Assembly (NCBI GenBank): GCA_965237675.1
Contig: OZ250150.1
Span: forward strand, 192,001-256,000
From: Candidatus Latescibacterota bacterium
GTDB taxonomy: Bacteria; Latescibacterota; UBA2968; GCA-2709665
Direction of reading: 5' to 3'
DNA length: 64,000 nt
Of the stretch, positions 58,597-64,000 are shown in pieces (the first letter of the stretch is position 1; every line of letters starts with the position of its first letter). Position numbers and translations under genes: made by a program. Under the pieces are notes generated by a model. It was not told where the DNA came from. It searched no databases and was given only the letters and a program-made list of their open reading frames with translations.

Positions 58597-59583
58597 TTAA
58601 CGTACGGATGGCGGCGCCTCAGGTTCAATCTCTTCGACCCAGATATTGGATCGGGAGATGAACAGGCGGTGTTTCCGTCCGTGTTTTATAGGGAGGGGAA
58701 TAGGCGTTTCCTGCAGGGAGAGGGAAACGGCGGCGGCGTCTTCAATTTCCACACGGAACCGATCTCGGGCGGTCCAATGCCGCTGGGTGCCGGAAAGCAG
58801 ACGGCTTTCAAAGGTTGAATCGCCGTCGCTGGAAATACGTACCTGGGTCTCCGCCACAGCACGTACGGAAAGGATTAAATCGTCTTCCCAAATGCCGGAA
58901 AAACGCTGCGGGAGCGAATAGGACGAAACCACCCGCTCGCCCGGCGGCGAACTTCGATGGGTGTCCCGCTGCCGGGGGGCCGTCTGGAGGGACTCGGGAG
59001 CCGCTGTAACCGCCTGGCTTTCGGGTGGCGCCGTGTGAATCTCGGGCTCCGGTGTTGCAGAAGTCTCCAAAGCGGATGACGTTGACTGGCTTCCGATTTT
59101 CGACATCGGAGCCTCCGCTTCGACAGGGCCCGCCGACGTCGAATCACGCCTTAGCATCACGGCAGCGATGACAGCGCCGAGTGCCAATACACATAGAATT
59201 GCCAGGATGGGACGCAACGACAGGGACTGTTCTCGTAGAATTGCCAGGATGGGACGCAACGACAGGGACTGTTCTCGTAGAATTGCCAGGATGGGACGCA
59301 ACGACAGGGACTGTTCTCGTTCCCGGCGTACGACGGGCGGGCGGGATGTCGCGTGAGGCCTTGTTTTGCCGTATTTGTCCAGCGTCGCCTGAACATCGAG
59401 CCCGACTTCCTGCGCGTATCTCTTCAGAAAGAGGCGAATGTAGATTTCAGGAAGGATGTCGTAGTTGCCGGTTTCGAGGGCGTTGAGGTACTCCGGATTG
59501 ATTCGTGTCCGTTCAAACAGTTCTTCCAGGGACAGGCCGCTGGCTTCGCGTTGGGCTCGTAACTCTGATGCAAATTCACGCAT
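58597..59583 (-). CDS. rodZ: RodZ-like protein (HTH, TM, DUF4115)
   Basis: LRAQRE..GLSLE...TRI...L.ALE.G...LP..Y.R.FL..YA N-terminal HTH, a single TM, and a C-terminal beta domain. Confidence 0.82.
   Translation of the reverse strand: MREFASELRAQREASGLSLEELFERTRINPEYLNALETGNYDILPEIYIRLFLKRYAQEVGLDVQATLDKYGKTRPHATSRPPVVRREREQSLSLRPILAILREQSLSLRPILAILREQSLSLRPILAILCVLALGAVIAAVMLRRDSTSAGPVEAEAPMSKIGSQSTSSALETSATPEPEIHTAPPESQAVTAAPESLQTAPRQRDTHRSSPPGERVVSSYSLPQRFSGIWEDDLILSVRAVAETQVRISSDGDSTFESRLLSGTQRHWTARDRFRVEIEDAAAVSLSLQETPIPLPIKHGRKHRLFISRSNIWVEEIEPEAPPSVR
59194..59319. repeat. Perfect 42-nt tandem repeat x3 inside the rodZ-like gene
   Basis: TAGAATTGCCAGGATGGGACGCAACGACAGGGACTGTTCTCG at 59194, 59236 and 59278; encodes REQSLSLRPILAIL x3. 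Confidence 0.97.
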
Positions 59584-59606
59584 AACCGGCTCCGATAACG
59601 ACCTTT

Positions 59607-60203
59607 CTAATGCTCAGATGCAAACAGTAACGGCGATTGGCCCACCATGCGTTCGAGGAGTGAGCAGAAGAGTGAAAGCGGTAACCCGACGACGTTGTAA
59701 AAACAGCCGGAGATGGAGTGGACGAAGGCCGCCGCTCTGCCCTGGACCGCGTACGCGCCCGCTTTGTCCATGGGTTCCCGGGTCTGCACGTAAAACTGAA
59801 TTTCCTCCCGCGAGAGCGGCCTCATCGCGACGTCCGTCACCGCAACGTCGCGGAGAGAACGGCCGGACCCGGTATCGATCAACGTAAGGCCGGTATATAC
59901 GCTGTGTGTCTTTCCCGAGAGTCTGCTCAGCATTCGAATCGCCTCATCTTCCCCGGCCGGCTTTTCGAGAATGTCGCCTTCCAGCACAACTACGGTATCC
60001 GCGCCCAGAACCAGCTCCCCGCGGAAGTTGGCAGCGACCGCGCGCGCCTTGCGGGAAGAGATTTCACGGACGTAGTCGGCGGGAGGCATCGGCCTGTCCA
60101 GGGTTTCCGAAACGTGGCTCGGCACAACGTCAAAGGATATACCGAGCAGACGCAGGAGGTCGGACCGCCTTGGCGATGCGGAGGCCAGAATGAGTTTTTT
60201 CAT
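59607..60203 (-). CDS. maf: Maf-family nucleotide pyrophosphatase (YhdE type)
   Basis: ILASASPRR, GADTVV, LEKP, DKAGAY, NVVGLP. Confidence 0.95.
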   Translation of the reverse strand: MKKLILASASPRRSDLLRLLGISFDVVPSHVSETLDRPMPPADYVREISSRKARAVAANFRGELVLGADTVVVLEGDILEKPAGEDEAIRMLSRLSGKTHSVYTGLTLIDTGSGRSLRDVAVTDVAMRPLSREEIQFYVQTREPMDKAGAYAVQGRAAAFVHSISGCFYNVVGLPLSLFCSLLERMVGQSPLLFASEH

Positions 60204-60383
60204 TGTGGGAATGGCGATGCAGACAGCGGCTGCGCGGTGGCGAACTCCCGCATCCTGCGTCTAGTGTGCTGTCCCGGAAATAGGTTGCCGAATTCGGCCC
60301 ACGGGTCGCCCGGCCCGCAAGGCGCCTGAGCAAGGCGACCTGCGGAAGGTCGGCCCAACGCAGCGAGCCGGGATGAACCGGCG

Positions 60384-60419
60384 CCTGCCTGTGCGTGCTG
60401 CCTCACGCACGCAGACAGG
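60384..60419. repeat. Short palindromic repeat (same family as 15454)
   Basis: Reverse complement is CCTGTCTGCGTGCGTGAGGCAGCACGCACAGGCAGG. Confidence 0.6.
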
Positions 60420-60451
60420 GATGAATGGTTACATATTTCCGGGAAAGGACA

Positions 60452-60889
60452 CTATGTTTCAACCATCAGAGTAACGGGGCCGTCGTTGTGTATTTCGACT
60501 TGCATGTGGGCGCCAAACTCACCGGTGCATACGGAAATGCCCAGGGTGCGCAGCGTATCCACGAACTCGTTGTAATACACCTCGGCCATCTCGGGCCGCG
60601 CCGCGTTGGAATATCCCGGCCGGCGGCCCCTTCGGGTATCTCCGTAGAGCGTGAACTGTGAGACCACCAGGGCCTGCCCTCCGATGTCCAGGAGGGAGCG
60701 ATTCATTTTGCCCCGTTCGTCTTCAAAAATACGAAGGTTGGCGCATTTGCCGGCTACATATTCGATAATTTCCGGCGTATCCTGTCGGCCGACGCCAAGC
60801 AGTATAAGCATCCCCCGGCCGATATCGGCGGTGGGCCGCCCGTTGATGGACACCGCTGAACGACTGACCCGTTGTACAAGCGCTCGCAC
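60452..60889 (-). CDS. dtd: D-aminoacyl-tRNA deacylase
   Basis: MRALVQRV, LRIFED..GKMN, VSQFTL, GRRP, NDGPVT. Start moved to GTG 60889. Confidence 0.96.
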   Translation of the reverse strand: MRALVQRVSRSAVSINGRPTADIGRGMLILLGVGRQDTPEIIEYVAGKCANLRIFEDERGKMNRSLLDIGGQALVVSQFTLYGDTRRGRRPGYSNAARPEMAEVYYNEFVDTLRTLGISVCTGEFGAHMQVEIHNDGPVTLMVET

Positions 60890-61080
60890 TCTGGTTCCCG
60901 GAATTCGGAGAACGCCAACCAAGGACGGATTTCGATGGGAAGAAACAGAATGAGGGACGAGTGGATATTCGCTAATTAATTTAGCCCATTCGGGGGTGCG
61001 AGGCAAGGGAAGAAAGGACAGGGGGCATGGCGCTGAATCCGGTCATGGAGAGGACGGGATCCCGGATTGTCCTATACATT

Positions 61081-63453
61081 TCAGAGCCCGAAACCGCCCC
61101 TGCGATGTTCAACTTTGATCTGAGGGATGTCTTTGATATTGACTTTGAAATGGAAGCCCTTGTTGAAGCCGGTGGGATACCAGCTGAACGTGGCCTGCCA
61201 GCAATGCAGGTCCCGGTACACATAGATCGTCTGTGATATAAGCCTGGTATTGATGAGATCATAGTTCACTGAATAATTGAACCGCCATGTCCGCGTGGGG
61301 TTCAGCGCCAGGTCCGCCTTGACCCAGGAGCGCCTGGTGTCCGTGAAGCCGGCGGCGAAAGACTGCCGATGGCTGAAATAATGCCCCAGATTGAAATGCC
61401 AGGGCTGCGCGGCGTCGCCAAAGTCGCGGTAAATGTCGTCTTCAAAGTTAAAACCGGTCCTGGCCGTGGGAAGCATGGTGCTGCGGGCTTGGGTCGGTTC
61501 GGATTCCCGATCAGCTCGACCGCTGAAGCGCAGGCTTGTGTTGACGGTGACGCTGCGCAGACGCGGCCGATAGAGGGAGAGACGGCCCAGGGAGTCGTAA
61601 AAAGTGTGGGACATGCTGAGGCGAACGTCGACTTGTCGTCCGGGCTTGATCGAGGCCGAAGTGAGGAGGGCGCGCCATCTGCGCAACGGGCTGGTGTCGA
61701 AGTCGTATCCGGATGAGAAACTGGCCGTTGCAAAGGTGGACCGTCTTGTCTTGCCGTCCTCCTCGGTCTTGATTTCGAAGGAGTTGTTGAGCCTCATATT
61801 CAAAGTGCGCCTGGGGTCGTCCCAGTCGCGGTGGCCGTGAAATCCCAGTGTGGCGCCTGCAACCCGCGCGTTATGGTAATACCGGAAGTCGACCTGCGGC
61901 TGGAACCGGTGACGAATTCCCCGGAGGCGTCCTACGTGGGGTTCAAAGATGCCATAGAGCGCAGTGCCGACGGCGATACTCGCGTTGTAGGATTCCCGCC
62001 GGGTGCGCTCATCGTCGTTCAGGCGTGAGGAGGTCTGGCTGAGGTTGAATCGTTGGGTGAGATCCAGCCAGCCGAAGGGACGGTGCTGGCTGCTCATCCC
62101 GAGGCGGGAGTTGAGGGTCAGATTCCGCGTGTTGTCGGCCGGGTCCACGTTGCGCGTGAAGGCGTTGGTCAGACCGCCGGAAACGTCGTAGTAAAAAGCG
62201 TGGTGCCATCTGGCTTCGCGGCTTGATTCGGGCCGTCCGAAAATGCGTCGCCGGGCCTGGCGGAGCGAAAGGCGAGGGAACCCCTGGAAACGGCTCTGGC
62301 TCTGATCGAGGTCACGGTAGTAGTTGAGATTGAGGTCCATGCTGCGTCCGGCCTCCGTCCATCGTTTGTCCATGGAGAAGGAAGAACGAAGTTGCCGGTT
62401 CAGGTATCGATAGAGGCTGTTGGAATTGTGAAGGTCAAAGCTGGAACTGTTCGTGAAATCTCCCGTGGCCCGCATATTCAGCGTCGGGTTCAGCCGATGC
62501 TGATGATGAAAGTTCAGACGCCATGCGCGACGGGAGTCGCCCGATGTCTGCCGCCCGCGTTCAAAGGAGATATCCATATTTCCACGGAGGCGTCTACGTA
62601 CGGAATAGTTAACGCCTGCATCAACAAGAAATCCGTTGCGTTCTCTCAATGCCGTCTTCATGGTGGCATCCCAATAGTCGCTGGGCGCCCAATAGTACCC
62701 GATGTTGCTTACCGTAATTCCGTCCCTGCTGTTGCTCCCGATGCGGGGTGTGAGAATGCCGGAGCGCCTGCCCTGGGTGAGCGGAAAAACGTAGAACGGG
62801 AGCCACATCAGAGGAACCGGTCCGATGCGGAAGGTTACGGACCGCGCGATGGCCTTGTCGTTCTCGACAACCTTAAGAGCCTGACAGAGAAAGTCGTAAT
62901 GGGTATGATCCCTGTTGCAGGTGGACATGGAAATCGAACGGGCGTGAAGTTCACGTTGTTGATCGAGCAGAATCTGTTCGCCCCTGTAATAACGCCTCCG
63001 GTGACGCGCCCGGCCACCACGCACTTTGCCACGGCCGGTTTTCAGGTTGTACACCATTGACGATCCCGAGAACCGCTCCCCGCCCCGGATAAACTCAGGC
63101 ATACCGATGGTTTTCCTGCCGGTGGAGTCCGGCAGCGCCTCGGCCTCCAGACGCTCTTCTTTCCGGTGGAGAATGATGCGGCCAGCGCGCAGTTCCACAT
63201 CCCGATACTTTAGGACGACGTTTCCTGTGAAGACGACCCGCCCTCTCGCAATATCGACCACCACCCGGTCAGCCGCATATTCATAAAGCAACGAGTCCAA
63301 CGCAGTCGACGCCTGCCGGGCGGGGAGCGGGCCGGGAAACATCTGCGCGAAAGCCGGATCGACCGCAAATAGCACCAGGAGGAACAGCGCGCCGGAGGCG
63401 CGTTGGATCGCCTTCCAGTGAGCAGTTGCCGGTTTTACGTGTCGCATGTTCAT
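61081..63453 (-). CDS. lptD: LPS-assembly outer membrane protein (LptD/OstA family)
   Basis: Signal peptide, OstA-like jellyroll (YAAD...GNV.LKY), STC..H.HY, RSGILTP, a long beta-barrel and C-terminal RDLHCW. Confidence 0.88.
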   Translation of the reverse strand: MNMRHVKPATAHWKAIQRASGALFLLVLFAVDPAFAQMFPGPLPARQASTALDSLLYEYAADRVVVDIARGRVVFTGNVVLKYRDVELRAGRIILHRKEERLEAEALPDSTGRKTIGMPEFIRGGERFSGSSMVYNLKTGRGKVRGGRARHRRRYYRGEQILLDQQRELHARSISMSTCNRDHTHYDFLCQALKVVENDKAIARSVTFRIGPVPLMWLPFYVFPLTQGRRSGILTPRIGSNSRDGITVSNIGYYWAPSDYWDATMKTALRERNGFLVDAGVNYSVRRRLRGNMDISFERGRQTSGDSRRAWRLNFHHQHRLNPTLNMRATGDFTNSSSFDLHNSNSLYRYLNRQLRSSFSMDKRWTEAGRSMDLNLNYYRDLDQSQSRFQGFPRLSLRQARRRIFGRPESSREARWHHAFYYDVSGGLTNAFTRNVDPADNTRNLTLNSRLGMSSQHRPFGWLDLTQRFNLSQTSSRLNDDERTRRESYNASIAVGTALYGIFEPHVGRLRGIRHRFQPQVDFRYYHNARVAGATLGFHGHRDWDDPRRTLNMRLNNSFEIKTEEDGKTRRSTFATASFSSGYDFDTSPLRRWRALLTSASIKPGRQVDVRLSMSHTFYDSLGRLSLYRPRLRSVTVNTSLRFSGRADRESEPTQARSTMLPTARTGFNFEDDIYRDFGDAAQPWHFNLGHYFSHRQSFAAGFTDTRRSWVKADLALNPTRTWRFNYSVNYDLINTRLISQTIYVYRDLHCWQATFSWYPTGFNKGFHFKVNIKDIPQIKVEHRRGGFGL

Positions 63454-63635
63454 ATCTTTGCGGCAACGCCTGCATCCACGAATGATCGTGAAGCATCCTG
63501 GAAAGAAAGTTAAACGGCGCGTCATTGGAAGGATCGACGGACGCCTCGTTTCGCGCCTCCGGGGCCGGTCCCGGGGTTCACATCTCCTGGCGCGCCGCGC
63601 AGGGACAACCCACATTCAGGAGGAGACAATAGCAG

Positions 63636-63665
63636 TTGACTTTTTAATGTTTTTCGCGTTATTTT
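63636..63665 (+). promoter_or_regulatory. Possible sigma70 promoter for tRNA-Leu
   Basis: TTGACT-18 nt-TATTTT in the AT-rich divergent intergenic region. Confidence 0.4.
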
Positions 63666-63742
63666 AGTCGCTGTCCAGCGGAATGGGTTGGACATCAAGC
63701 ACAGACTGAAACCTCGCGAAATATTAACTTATTGTAAGTAAA

Positions 63743-63828
63743 GCGGAAGTGGTGGAATTGGCAGACACGTCAGATTTAGGATCTGGTGGGCTATGCCCGT
63801 GGGGGTTCGAGTCCCCCCTTCCGCACCA
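63743..63828 (+). tRNA. tRNA-Leu (anticodon TAG)
   Basis: Acceptor GCGGAAG/CTTCCGC+ACCA, D-loop GGAATTGGCAGAC, anticodon arm TCAGA-TTTAGGA-TCTGG, long variable arm, T arm GGGGG-TTCGAGT-CCCCC. Confidence 0.97.
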
Positions 63829-64000
63829 ATGTTGATGCCGGACGGCGGCCTCCGGGAATCCGGGCCGTGCGCTACTGTTTTTCTGGCGCACGGCTTTCCT
63901 CTTGTACAGGCGGTCATAAGCGAATCCGCCGGTCGGCGCTGCACGCCCTTCGCGCCTCATAACCGAACCTTTTCGCGCGCGCTCGGGAACGCACCAGGCA

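Noticed and set aside
59194-59319. Possible CRISPR array
   Set aside because: Units are directly adjacent with no spacers, in frame inside a CDS, and there are no cas genes.
63743-64000. Integrative element at tRNA-Leu
   Set aside because: No integrase or duplicate of the tRNA 3' end is visible in the window; only ~170 nt of downstream sequence is available.

Overview
GC-rich (roughly 60% by eye) bacterial chromosomal window, most consistent with an FCB-group organism such as Latescibacterota/Gemmatimonadota (inferred from the LptD type, GWxTD proteins and the DUF4159-DUF4175-MoxR cluster). Left part (+ strand): a DUF4160/DUF2442 pair at the edge (- strand), a DUF362 protein, an S9 peptidase, an FAD oxidoreductase, an ARG-box-controlled argR-argC-argB-argD-argG-argH operon ending in an apparently inactivated primase-like ORF, then gamma-carbonic anhydrase, DUF309, SDR, GNAT, a lipoprotein and a ~2,470 aa repeat-rich autotransporter-like adhesin. 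Three TPR/GWxTD paralogues (two intact, one decayed through deletions at short repeats) each carry the same ECF-sigma-like promoter, TTTACyGAACCsG-N13-GTGTCTT. Right part (- strand): a long housekeeping run (lptD, dtd, maf, rodZ-like, priA, flippase, MoxR cluster), a candidate four-gene defence operon (ABC-type ATPase, DUF4276, Zn-ribbon/DUF559-nuclease/RecQ fusion, coiled-coil protein) and a lyase-like unknown. tRNA-Leu(TAG) lies at the right end. Several small palindromic repeat families sit in intergenic DNA. All family assignments are by motif recognition, without database searches.
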